Below, one piece after another: positions 1 to 8,476 of a stretch of DNA of 35,576 nucleotides. This DNA is from an uncultured Gammaproteobacteria bacterium (GTDB taxonomy: Bacteria > Patescibacteriota > Patescibacteriia > UBA9934 > GWF2-40-263), in NCBI GenBank assembly GCA_964471375.1, contig CAYYFM010000046.1:1-35576 (forward strand). The letters run 5' to 3'. Position numbers and translations under genes: made by a program. The notes beneath the pieces are model-generated. The model was not told the origin of the DNA, did no database searches, and saw nothing but the letters and a program-made list of their open reading frames with translations. The number at the start of each line of letters is the position of its first letter. Position 1 is the first letter of the stretch.

Positions 1-579
1 GAAACGCGCGGGTGGTCGCACAAAGTTGGTGTCGGAGAAGCGGCGTTCTATGGCCCAAAGCTCGACTTCATGGCAAAAGACGCGATTGGTCGTGAATGGC
101 AACTTTCAACGATCCAGCTCGACATGAATCTTCCGGAGCGCTTTGATCTCGAATATATTCCTGCCGAAGGCGAACGTCAGCGACCGGTTGTTATTCACCG
201 AGCGATTCTCGGATCGACAGAACGATTCCTCGGGATTCTCATCGAACATTTCGCCGGTGCATTCCCGATGTGGCTCGCTCCCGTTCAAATCCGTCTCGCC
301 ACGGTCAGCGAAGCATTCATCCCATTCGCAGAGTCTTTACGTGCTGAGCTTGTCGAAGCAGGGTTGCGTGTCGAGCTCGACATGTCAAACGAAAAAGTCG
401 GTAAAAAAATTCGCGCTTCCGCCATGATGAAAATTCCATGGACGCTCGTTATTGGTGCCAAGGAAGCCGAAGGAGGAGATTACAAAGTAAACGTGTTCGG
501 ATCCGAAACCGATCTCATCATTTCACCGTCCGAATTGATTGCACGTGCCATCGAAACGGCAAAAATACCCTCCGCTTAG
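1..579 (+). CDS. thrS: Threonyl-tRNA synthetase, C-terminal part (5' end cut by window edge)
   Basis: Frame 1 is open from nt 1. The translation GEAAFYGPKLDFMAKDAIGREWQLSTIQLDMNLPERFDLEY...VVIHRAILGSTERFLGILIEHFAGAFPMWLAPVQ matches the class II ThrRS catalytic core end plus the anticodon-binding domain. Stop is TAG 577-579. Confidence 0.9.
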   Translation, partial: ETRGWSHKVGVGEAAFYGPKLDFMAKDAIGREWQLSTIQLDMNLPERFDLEYIPAEGERQRPVVIHRAILGSTERFLGILIEHFAGAFPMWLAPVQIRLATVSEAFIPFAESLRAELVEAGLRVELDMSNEKVGKKIRASAMMKIPWTLVIGAKEAEGGDYKVNVFGSETDLIISPSELIARAIETAKIPSA

Positions 580-593
580 GCGAAGGGTATTTT
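566..593. terminator. Bidirectional rho-independent terminator between convergent thrS and the 596..2704 gene
   Basis: TACCCTCCGC-ttag-GCGAAGGGTA forms a 10-bp stem with one mismatch. It is flanked by AAAAA (561-565) and TTTTGTTT (590-597), so it reads as hairpin plus U-run on both strands. Confidence 0.6.
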
Positions 594-595
594 GT

Positions 596-2704
596 TTATC
601 GACTGCTCACATTGAGATCGATAGGAGCGTCAGGCACTGTTTCCCATGAGCTTGGTTCCATTGGGATTTGGAGATCGCGGATCGTACGCATCAATTCGAT
701 ATGACTACGAGCATCTTCGAGACGTTTTTGAAGGTCAACACGTTTGCTGGTTTCAATCCCAGGATTGTGTTTTGGATCGAGCGCCATACGCATAATCTTA
801 AAGTCTGCGAGTTTCTCCTCAAGAAGAGTACGTTGTTCTGCCGCTTCCATATTATTATACTCTTCTTTTCCCTGAACTCCATCCAAAATTTTGAGAGCCG
901 CCTTTAGATTTTCGTGTTTCGTGTTCACTGCCGCAATGGCATGTTCTAGTTTTAGACGCTCTCCTCCGTAAAAGTCAAAACTTCGAAGTTTCTCAATGGC
1001 GATGTCCCCTGCTTCTCCTGGATATGCTTCCTTGATTTTTCCAGAATCAGGAGTACGGGTTTTCATTTTCGAAACTTCAGGAGCAGCAGGAGTTGTTTTC
1101 GTTACTTCCGCAGATGGTGACTGAACAGGTTCGTTCAACCGCGACTCGATCGATGCGCGTTTGTACTGAACGGATTCACGAGGAGCGACCTCACTGCTTG
1201 CAGAGGGCTGAACAACATTATCTTGATGTCTCATTTCGTCGATCCCTTTCGCTAATCCTAACCCCGCGAGAATAACTGCGGCATATCTTCCAATTTTTTT
1301 CGCAACAGGAGATTGTTTGATCCATTTCCATACGGTCGGACGATCTTCGTCATTCTCCATGATAAATCCATCCCGACCGTTCTCATGGTGTGTGCTCGTT
1401 TGAAGTACGTTCCCTTCAGGGTCACGATTAACACGTTTGAGAGGTTTAAAATATGTCGTTTCACCTGACATTCCATCGCGTGCAGGGACGAGTGTTTTAT
1501 TACGGACCATGGTATCGATATTTGAGTCATTATCTGCTCCTGCAGGAAGATCAGGGGCATTGTCGACGTGTGCAATTTTATCAGTAATTTCAATTCCACG
1601 ATCCCAGTCGATATCGGCTTGTGGTCGAGGAATATCGTAACCATCGAGTTCCTTTCCACGCGGAACATTTCCGTCTGGGAAACGCTCATCGATGATCTGA
1701 ATTCCTGTTCGTTCAAGGTCACGATGTCCTTCACGTGCAATCGGTTCTTTTTCTTCTCGGAGCCGTGCCAGTGTTTTTGTATAAGCGAAATCTTTTTTGA
1801 GAAATTTTGGATCAGGTGTAGAGCCAGGAACTTCAAGATACATCGCCTCAAGCCCTTTTTTTGTTCCAAGGTTATACTGTGACGGTTCGATTCCGATTTC
1901 TGTAAGGGCTTCCGTGCGTTCTTTGAGCATTGCTTTTCCTTTGACAATCGCAGAATCAATATAATCTTCGAGCTTATTCAGCTCCTCGAGAGTTGATCCA
2001 CTGTGTTCTAATTTCCTTTCTGCCTTAATCATGCGAACCACTTCGCTACGATCCTTATTGAGCAGCTCTGTCCGCATGCTAATGGACGCAAAATCGCGAA
2101 GCACTCCCGTTTGCTCTGAATCGAGCTTTATGAGCCCAAGTTTTTCTGTACGAAGTGCGTCTCGTGATGCCTTACGCCCAAGATCGATTTGTGAAATATC
2201 AACTTCCTCAGCGGCAAGATCAGCTTCGATCGATTTCATCCCTTCTTTTGCTTGTCGCCACATGGATTTGGACCCCTCCGATTTATCTTTTGTCATGTGT
2301 GCATGCGCGGAATCAACCGCATCCAACCCATCAAGATAGGAACGCAAAATATCAGATTGAACTTGGTCAAGGCTTGTTGCGAATGCGGTAAGACCCATGC
2401 GTTCGTGCAGTGCTTTTTCAACATCTTTAGTTTGGGATTTTGCGACGTCTGCAACAATGACATCATGTCTCTGATTGATACGATTGGCGACATCCTGCCC
2501 TTTTGTACTCGCGTACATTTTTACAATTTCCGCGTAGGAATTTGAGATCCGTTCGACACGGTTATGACTCAAATCTTCACGTGTTGAACGTGCTTGTGCG
2601 GGTGCTTCTTTTGAAGTCGTTTCTGAAGTCGTTTCGCGTTTGCGAATCGACTTTGCTGAGTCGATAACGGCATGCATTTGTCGTTCGGGAGAATTGTGTG
2701 ACAT
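596..2704 (-). CDS. Large (about 700 aa) coiled-coil-rich protein with one central transmembrane helix, function unknown
   Basis: The ORF is 2.1 kb. It is highly charged and helical, with a single hydrophobic segment (RYAAVILAGLGLAKGI). I recognise no catalytic motif. The start is uncertain: ATG 2704 (MSHNSPERQ) or ATG 2740. Confidence 0.55.
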   Translation of the reverse strand: MSHNSPERQMHAVIDSAKSIRKRETTSETTSKEAPAQARSTREDLSHNRVERISNSYAEIVKMYASTKGQDVANRINQRHDVIVADVAKSQTKDVEKALHERMGLTAFATSLDQVQSDILRSYLDGLDAVDSAHAHMTKDKSEGSKSMWRQAKEGMKSIEADLAAEEVDISQIDLGRKASRDALRTEKLGLIKLDSEQTGVLRDFASISMRTELLNKDRSEVVRMIKAERKLEHSGSTLEELNKLEDYIDSAIVKGKAMLKERTEALTEIGIEPSQYNLGTKKGLEAMYLEVPGSTPDPKFLKKDFAYTKTLARLREEKEPIAREGHRDLERTGIQIIDERFPDGNVPRGKELDGYDIPRPQADIDWDRGIEITDKIAHVDNAPDLPAGADNDSNIDTMVRNKTLVPARDGMSGETTYFKPLKRVNRDPEGNVLQTSTHHENGRDGFIMENDEDRPTVWKWIKQSPVAKKIGRYAAVILAGLGLAKGIDEMRHQDNVVQPSASSEVAPRESVQYKRASIESRLNEPVQSPSAEVTKTTPAAPEVSKMKTRTPDSGKIKEAYPGEAGDIAIEKLRSFDFYGGERLKLEHAIAAVNTKHENLKAALKILDGVQGKEEYNNMEAAEQRTLLEEKLADFKIMRMALDPKHNPGIETSKRVDLQKRLEDARSHIELMRTIRDLQIPMEPSSWETVPDAPIDLNVSSR

Positions 2705-2820
2705 AAAAATAATATAAATTGATTTTATGATATCACACATTTACGCTTGACAAAAGAGGCACAAGTGTTTAGGGTGGAAAACTTGAGGGAGACACGGTGT
2801 TTCTATCAAGAAGGAGTCAA

Positions 2821-3295
2821 GATGAGTTCTGTCGCACACTTGCACGTACATGCTGGTGGAGCTGGAGCTTTCACAGAGGAGGATCTGTCGAATCGTCTGG
2901 TTCGCACGGATATCGCGATCATTCTTCCACGTCGACGCCATCATGAAGGTGATGCAAAGAGAGTTCTTCACGAAGCCGCCATGCTTGACGCAGCGCTTCC
3001 AGAAGGAATGACATGGACGAACGAATCGCTCCTCTGGTTGCATCACGAGTTGGAACGGTTCGAGCGGTGTCCGTCGAGTGCATGCCAACCGTATCTACGT
3101 GCGCGACGACAGTCTCTGTTTGCAATCGGTGTTCGTTCAACTAACGAGCAACTTGCATTTTTTGACTCTACCTGCAATCAGTATCTTCGCAAGTTGGGTC
3201 TGACATTGCCGACGCGGCCACGCCGAAACCTGTTGCATGCCGCGTTCCTGTTGTTGCTCGAAAAAGGCACACAGCATGTGAAGGAAAGTGTGTAA
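2821..3295 (+). CDS. Hypothetical Arg/His-rich protein (orphan, G+C-rich)
   Basis: ATG 2821 is preceded by GGAG 7 nt upstream (aaggagtcaagATG). The stop TAA overlaps the next ATG (TAATG at 3293-3297). No recognisable domain. Antisense ORFs also stay open here because of the high G+C, so the strand call rests on the RBS and the coupling. Confidence 0.4.
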
Positions 3296-3765
3296 TGCGT
3301 GACAGGACGAGTGGGATTGAGAAAACGGTTCGGGCTCTGGTTTATGAACGACATGTGACCGCGCAGGAAGGTGAGCAATTGTTGATTCACCTCCTCGCGA
3401 GTCGCGATCCAGGATTTTGGAACGACGATGCCTGTAAGCGGATTGCGGAGGATGTCCCGCGTCGACGTCATCTCCCAACCCACGAACACCATCGGTTTGT
3501 TGCAAGTGAACTTGATCAACTTTGCAACCCACATCATCCGAGAGGTTATCTTCTCGCAAAACGATGGCTCGGCGATTCACTTGAAGCGTTTGAAGCGGGT
3601 ATCCGATTCAACGCAGGACAAGCGCACCTGTTTCTTGCAGATAATCGCCTCGCCTATCTCACCTCCGTGTTCGTCCTCATCATCATGAGCGCAAATGCAC
3701 CGAGTGCTCTTCATCACGAACAGCTTTCTCCATTCCCACCTGTCTTCCGTCGCGGACGCACATAG
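3295..3765 (+). CDS. Hypothetical Arg/His-rich protein (orphan, G+C-rich)
   Basis: Translationally coupled to the preceding ORF through TAATG. It shares a PRRRH motif with that ORF, encoded by similar DNA (2927-2943 versus 3457-3473). No recognisable domain. Confidence 0.4.
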   Translation: MRDRTSGIEKTVRALVYERHVTAQEGEQLLIHLLASRDPGFWNDDACKRIAEDVPRRRHLPTHEHHRFVASELDQLCNPHHPRGYLLAKRWLGDSLEAFEAGIRFNAGQAHLFLADNRLAYLTSVFVLIIMSANAPSALHHEQLSPFPPVFRRGRT

Positions 3766-3807
3766 CATCTCGCGGCGTTTTTTGTTATACTGAAAAGGAT
3801 TTAGGGA

Positions 3808-4620
3808 ATGGAATTTAGGATGTGGGGAATTATATTTATGCTCGGTGAAGCGTTGCGGAAAAAATCTTTTGAACAGGAAACTGGTGAACAACCAGCTTTT
3901 CGTGTTGATGAACCGTTTGTTTCACCTGTTGCTCGACCACCGTTGAAAGAAACAATCAATGAGTACGAGGTGATTGTTGCTCGAGAATTGGCGAAAGGAC
4001 GCAATCCAGAATTGTATTGGCAGCAGTTGCAGAAGGAATACGATATTCGTTCTGATCGTCGACGTGATATGGTTTCTGCCGATGAGATCGGGTTTGAAGC
4101 GGGGAAGGAAGCAGATCTTACGCGTCTTATTCGATACGAGATGAACGCACTTTTGCCACGACTCGCTGCGTATCGTGTTCTGCGAGATGCAGGACGTTTT
4201 TCAACGGGTGAGAATTATCTTGTAAATCTTGACCGAAAACTCGTCCATGCTGAGCAGACCGCAGAATCTGCAGATGGGGATGAAACAGCTCTTCGAAGTG
4301 CGATTGAGAACACTCGAGTGTTACGAGCGCAAATTTCTGTCACAGAAAATATTCTCAAGAAACAAGATGGATGGAGAGCACTCCGCGTACAAGTAGCACA
4401 ACGTGACTCTGGATCTATTTTAGAAACACTCCCTCCGTCTGCGCTCGAACCAGCAACGTGGCGAGATGAATTGAATCAGCTGTATCAAGAACGCTCAAAG
4501 CTTCACTTTTGGCAGTTTTTGAAACGAGGTGAATTGGAAGTAAAAATTGCTGCTCTTTTGCGCCGTCAGGCCTATGAAGAAAAAAAGGCGAAGATGCTTG
4601 CTCAGGAACGGGCAAAATGA
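3808..4620 (+). CDS. Hypothetical soluble, helical/coiled-coil protein
   Basis: A 270-aa ORF that is charged and heptad-like toward the C-terminus (KIAALLRRQAYEEKKAKMLAQERAK). Alternative starts are at 3820 and 3838. No recognisable domain. Confidence 0.5.
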   Translation: MEFRMWGIIFMLGEALRKKSFEQETGEQPAFRVDEPFVSPVARPPLKETINEYEVIVARELAKGRNPELYWQQLQKEYDIRSDRRRDMVSADEIGFEAGKEADLTRLIRYEMNALLPRLAAYRVLRDAGRFSTGENYLVNLDRKLVHAEQTAESADGDETALRSAIENTRVLRAQISVTENILKKQDGWRALRVQVAQRDSGSILETLPPSALEPATWRDELNQLYQERSKLHFWQFLKRGELEVKIAALLRRQAYEEKKAKMLAQERAK

Positions 4621-4635
4621 TAGGGTTCTGGCATT

Positions 4636-6039
4636 ATGGCTGACCCAAAGTATCATCTTATTACCCTTGGATGTCAGATGAATAAAAACGACTCTGAACG
4701 GATGGACGCCATCTTGTCCGGGGTCGGTTTTTCGTCTACAGAAAATCGTGAGGAGGCGGATGTGATTTTGGTGAACACCTGTTCGGTTCGTCAGAGTGCT
4801 GAGGATCGTGTGTTTGGTCTGATGCATGAGTTTGCGTTACTAAAAGAAACACGGCCAAATTTGATTGTCGGTGTGACGGGGTGTATGCCAGGCCGTGATC
4901 GTGACGGGAAAATTCGTAAGCGACTCGCGACCGCAGATTTATATTTTCCGATTACAGACGTTCCTCAGTTGCCTCGCTGGATTGGAGAGATACGTCCGGA
5001 ATTGGTGAACAGCGCGGATATTGAAACAGATTATTTGAAAGTGATTCCAGAACGCCGCACATTTCGTCAAGGGTTTGTGACGATCCAGACTGGTTGCAAC
5101 AAGTTTTGCACGTACTGTGTTGTTCCATTTGCGCGAGGATTGGAGAAAAATCGTCCCGTTGCGGATATTCTGAAAGAGGTCCGTGATCTCGCAGAACATG
5201 GATGTGTAGAAGTGACACTGCTCGGACAAACCGTGAATTCATATCGCGCTCCTGATCCGGAAAACTGGTCGAAAGGAAATCCGTACAGCGATCCGTTCGC
5301 TTCTTTACTTTGGGAAGTAAATCAGGTGCCAGGAATTTCCCGTCTTCATTTTACCGCACCGCATCCGCTTCATATGACAGACGAAGCAATAGACGCGATG
5401 ACGCTTCCTGCACATCAGAACTATATTCACCTTCCTGTTCAAGCAGGGGATGATGAAGTGTTGCGTCGAATGAATCGTCGGTACACGACCGCTCAGTTTC
5501 TCGACGTCGTACACCGTTTGCGGGAAAAAATCCCAAACCTGGCGATTGGGACGGATATTATTGTTGGATTCTGTGGGGAAACACGCGAGCAGTATCTGAA
5601 AACCGCCGAGTTATACGAACAGGTACGCTTCGATATTTCATACACCGCACGTTATTCGACGCGTTCTGGAACCGCTGCCGCTCGCGCGTTCAAGGATGAT
5701 GTCGATCGCGATGAGAAAAAATGGCGCTGGCAACATCTCCAAGAAATTCAAGAGCGGATCGTGTACGAAAAAAATCAGGCGTATGTTGGTAAAACAGTTT
5801 CCGTTCTCGTCGAACGCCATGAGCCGCCAGTACCGACTGATGAGATGCTTGCGTTGGGAGGAAACATCACAGATCATCTCGCCAAACTCCCAGGTACCTG
5901 TCTTGGTAACTCTCGAGAAATGAAACTCGTTCGATTCTCCGGACCAAATGAACTCCTTGGCCAGATCGTCAATGTAAAAATTAACAAAGCAGAAAAATGG
6001 ATTCTCGAAGGGGTCAGGTCTTGCTTTTTGCTTTTATGA
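4636..6039 (+). CDS. miaB: tRNA (i6A37) methylthiotransferase MiaB (radical SAM)
   Basis: N-terminal UPF0004 motif ITLGCQMNKNDSE. Radical-SAM CNKFCTYCVVP (CxxxCxxC). C-terminal TRAM-like region GQIVNVKINKA. Confidence 0.93.
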   Translation: MADPKYHLITLGCQMNKNDSERMDAILSGVGFSSTENREEADVILVNTCSVRQSAEDRVFGLMHEFALLKETRPNLIVGVTGCMPGRDRDGKIRKRLATADLYFPITDVPQLPRWIGEIRPELVNSADIETDYLKVIPERRTFRQGFVTIQTGCNKFCTYCVVPFARGLEKNRPVADILKEVRDLAEHGCVEVTLLGQTVNSYRAPDPENWSKGNPYSDPFASLLWEVNQVPGISRLHFTAPHPLHMTDEAIDAMTLPAHQNYIHLPVQAGDDEVLRRMNRRYTTAQFLDVVHRLREKIPNLAIGTDIIVGFCGETREQYLKTAELYEQVRFDISYTARYSTRSGTAAARAFKDDVDRDEKKWRWQHLQEIQERIVYEKNQAYVGKTVSVLVERHEPPVPTDEMLALGGNITDHLAKLPGTCLGNSREMKLVRFSGPNELLGQIVNVKINKAEKWILEGVRSCFLLL

Positions 6040-6070
6040 AAATAAAAGTCAAAAAGCAAGACCTGACCCC
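6010..6070. repeat. 61-nt near-perfect palindrome spanning the miaB stop and miaA start
   Basis: GGGGTCAGGTCTTGCTTTTTG (6010-6030) is the exact reverse complement of CAAAAAGCAAGACCTGACCCC (6050-6070). The inner arms CTTTTAT and ATAAAAG also pair, leaving a GAAA loop and one bulged T. The ATGA miaB-stop/miaA-start overlap (6036-6039) sits at the apex. Confidence 0.9.
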
Positions 6071-7016
6071 GTTACTTGTCATCGTTGGCCCGACCGCTTC
6101 TGGAAAGACACAGCTTGGGATTGACATTGCCAAACGGTTTAATGGTGAGGTTATTTCGGTTGATTCGAGGCAGGTGTATCGGGGAATGGATATTGGAACG
6201 GCGAAACCGAATGCAAAATGCAAAATGCAAAATGCAAAATTTCCGTTACCGATCTGGGTGGTCGATGGTATTCCTCATTGGGGGATTGATTTGGTGGAGC
6301 CGGATGAGGAGTATTCCGTTGCGGATTTTAAGAAATATGCGGATCAAAAAATTATAGAAATTTCAAAGCGAGGGAAATTACCGATATTGGTAGGAGGGAC
6401 GGGATTGTGGGTGCGAGCCGTGGTCGATAATCTGAATTTGACCGAGACTCCGCCGAATAGGGAATTGCGAACGGTGCTTGAAAAACGAGATTTGAATGAT
6501 TTGAATGCAGAATATAAACGTCTTGATCCGATAGGAGCGGAAGTCATCGATCGTGACAACAAGCGACGTGTCGTTCGCGCGCTTGAGGTGACGCTTGTGA
6601 CAGGGAAACCATTTTCTGCACAGGTTGAGCGAGGGACGGGGACGTACGATGTTTTACAGATTGGTTTGCTTGTTGATCGAGGAATACTTAACGAACGCAT
6701 CAATCAGCGTGTGGACGAAATGGTCGCGAATGGACTGGTGGACGAAGTACGTCAGTTATCTGATCAGTACGGTACTGATATTGATGCAATGACTGGGATT
6801 GGGTACAGACAAATTAGTTTATTTTTGGAAGGAAAACGACCGCTTGTTGATTGTATTGAAGAAACGAAAAAGGCCACCCGTGCTTATGCAAAGCGTCAGA
6901 TGACCTGGTTTCGGCGTGATCCACGGATTAATTGGATTCCAGTTTTACAAGCAACATATTACGAGCAATTTTTGCATCCACTGCTCCTTCGGTTTCTTTC
7001 ATCACCTGACCGATGA
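6036..7016 (+). CDS. miaA: tRNA dimethylallyltransferase MiaA
   Basis: P-loop VGPTASGKT, then SVDSRQVYRGMDIGTAKP and KRQMTWFRRD. The start is chosen at ATG 6036, which overlaps the miaB TGA, because the longer ORF from 5997 lies inside miaB. Confidence 0.9.
   Translation: MKIKVKKQDLTPLLVIVGPTASGKTQLGIDIAKRFNGEVISVDSRQVYRGMDIGTAKPNAKCKMQNAKFPLPIWVVDGIPHWGIDLVEPDEEYSVADFKKYADQKIIEISKRGKLPILVGGTGLWVRAVVDNLNLTETPPNRELRTVLEKRDLNDLNAEYKRLDPIGAEVIDRDNKRRVVRALEVTLVTGKPFSAQVERGTGTYDVLQIGLLVDRGILNERINQRVDEMVANGLVDEVRQLSDQYGTDIDAMTGIGYRQISLFLEGKRPLVDCIEETKKATRAYAKRQMTWFRRDPRINWIPVLQATYYEQFLHPLLLRFLSSPDR
6211..6240 (+). repeat. Heptanucleotide tandem repeat (ATGCAAA)x4 plus AT, inside miaA
   Basis: Direct read: atgcaaa atgcaaa atgcaaa atgcaaa at. 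It encodes NAKCKMQNAKF in an insertion between the conserved GTAKP and PHW segments of MiaA. Confidence 0.95.
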
Positions 7017-8409
7017 GGACTTGGATTAATTCTTTTTTTCCTGCTTTGTACCTGTCGACAATATCTGGATTGTTTAGGAGAACTCGGTCAATAACTTCTG
7101 CAATGGCACCTTCATCATCAATTTTTCCGAGATGCTTTTCTTCCATGATGTGTGATGGGTCTGCTCCTGTTCCAATCATCTCGGTCAGGACCGTGAGACC
7201 TGCCGTAGAGGACAGCTTTCCTGTTGCGAGTAATGTGATGAATTCTGCAAAATTTTCTGGATTGATTTTCGCCGTAGTCAGATCAAGGTTGCGTTCAATA
7301 AGCAATCCCGTGAGTTTTGACAACAACCAACCAGAAACAAGATTCGCGAGTTTGGTTTGATCTTTTACTTCTGAATCGACGCTCGACATCCAGGAAGAAA
7401 GTTCAGAAAAAACATGTTCGACAAAATCTGTCAACACGGGATCGTCACAGATTTGTCGCGCATCTTCTGGTTTCAGGCCATACTCATCAATAAATCGGGC
7501 ACGTTTTGTTGCTGGAAGCTCGGGTAATCGATGACGTTCTTCTTCTGCAATGTCTGCGAGCTCGAGAACGGGAATGTCTGGATCGGGGAAGTACCGATAA
7601 TCACCCTCACCTTCCTTGAGACGCTGTTCTTTTGTTGATTGTGTCGTATCATCCCATCCACGCGTTGTGGACACAGATGGAGGTGATCCAGCTTTCCATA
7701 AATTTGTTTGACGTTTGATTTCAAACTCAAGTGCGCGTTCCACGTTGCGGAAGGAATTGATGTTCTTTACCTCTGTTTTTGGATGAAACTTCATCCCAAT
7801 AATTCCACCTTCTGCGTCGCGTTCACGCAAGGAAATATTGGCATCACAGCGCATCTGCCCTTTTTCCATGTCTGCATCTGAGACACCGAGATAGCGTGCG
7901 ATGAGTCGCAGTTCTTGTAGAAACGCTTTTGCGTGCTGTGGAGATGCGACGTCTGGTTCTGTGACGATCTCAAGCAGAGGCGTCCCCGCGCGATTAAAAT
8001 CAACAAACGTTTTTCCCTCAACCCCATGAAGATTTTTTGCCGCGTCTTCTTCAAGATGAGCGCGCGTAATACCGATACGTTTCTCATCGATGATCAAAAA
8101 ACCTCCAGATACAATCGGCTGATCGTACTGGGAAATCTGGTACGCCTTCGGCAAATCCGGATAAAAATAGTTCTTGCGATCAAATTTTGAATGCGACGCT
8201 ATCGTTCCATTGAGTGCAAGTCCCATACGAACTCCAAACCGAATAGCCTGTTCGTTTGGAACGGGAAGAGTTCCTGGTTGAGCCGTACAGACTGGACAGA
8301 TGTTCGTATTTGGTGCCATCGCTGTTTCGTGTGCGGCACATGCACAAAACATTTTTGATTTTGTTTTCAGCTGAAGGTGAATTTCAAGTCCAATAACAGG
8401 TTCGAGCAT
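6928..8409 (-). CDS. gatB: Asp/Glu-tRNA amidotransferase subunit B
   Basis: MLEPVIGLEIHLQLKTKSKMFCAC..., a GatB/E catalytic domain and a C-terminal YqeY-like tail (LIGQVMKETEGAVDAKIARNML). The start is set at ATG 8409, since the canonical N-terminus is MLEPVIGLEIH. The ORF-track extension to 8457 runs through the upstream hairpin. Confidence 0.92.
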   Translation of the reverse strand: MLEPVIGLEIHLQLKTKSKMFCACAAHETAMAPNTNICPVCTAQPGTLPVPNEQAIRFGVRMGLALNGTIASHSKFDRKNYFYPDLPKAYQISQYDQPIVSGGFLIIDEKRIGITRAHLEEDAAKNLHGVEGKTFVDFNRAGTPLLEIVTEPDVASPQHAKAFLQELRLIARYLGVSDADMEKGQMRCDANISLRERDAEGGIIGMKFHPKTEVKNINSFRNVERALEFEIKRQTNLWKAGSPPSVSTTRGWDDTTQSTKEQRLKEGEGDYRYFPDPDIPVLELADIAEEERHRLPELPATKRARFIDEYGLKPEDARQICDDPVLTDFVEHVFSELSSWMSSVDSEVKDQTKLANLVSGWLLSKLTGLLIERNLDLTTAKINPENFAEFITLLATGKLSSTAGLTVLTEMIGTGADPSHIMEEKHLGKIDDEGAIAEVIDRVLLNNPDIVDRYKAGKKELIQVLIGQVMKETEGAVDAKIARNMLLVKLESN

Positions 8410-8442
8410 ACGTGGGAAAAATCTAAATTCTAAACAGGTTTC

Positions 8443-8476
8443 AGGGACCTCGCACATGACTTTTGCAGAGGTCCCT
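8443..8476 (-). repeat. Conserved hairpin element, copy 1 (upstream of gatB)
   Basis: The minus strand reads AGGGACCTC-TGCAAAAGTCATGTGC-GAGGTCCCT. It is 30/34 identical to 31459-31492 on the plus strand, and a stem difference is compensated (G-C versus A-T). Confidence 0.8.

Noticed and set aside
1884-1896. A tRNA T-arm-like string, CGGTTCGATTCCG.
   Set aside because: It has only a 3-bp stem and no acceptor, D or anticodon arms around it. It also lies inside a long, well-supported ORF.
3137-3580. Long antisense ORFs (147 aa and 119 aa) opposite the 2821-3765 genes.
   Set aside because: High G+C suppresses stop codons on all frames here. The plus-strand ORFs have an SD sequence and a TAATG coupling, and the antisense translations look less protein-like. 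Confidence in the plus-strand calls is nevertheless only moderate.
8410-8457. N-terminal extensions offered by the ORF track: gatB to 8457, tmk to 10939, gyrB to 20256, queA from 31409, rpsB from 33170, prmC to 25776.
   Set aside because: The canonical N-termini of these families begin at internal ATGs. The extensions run through neighbouring genes, hairpins or promoters.
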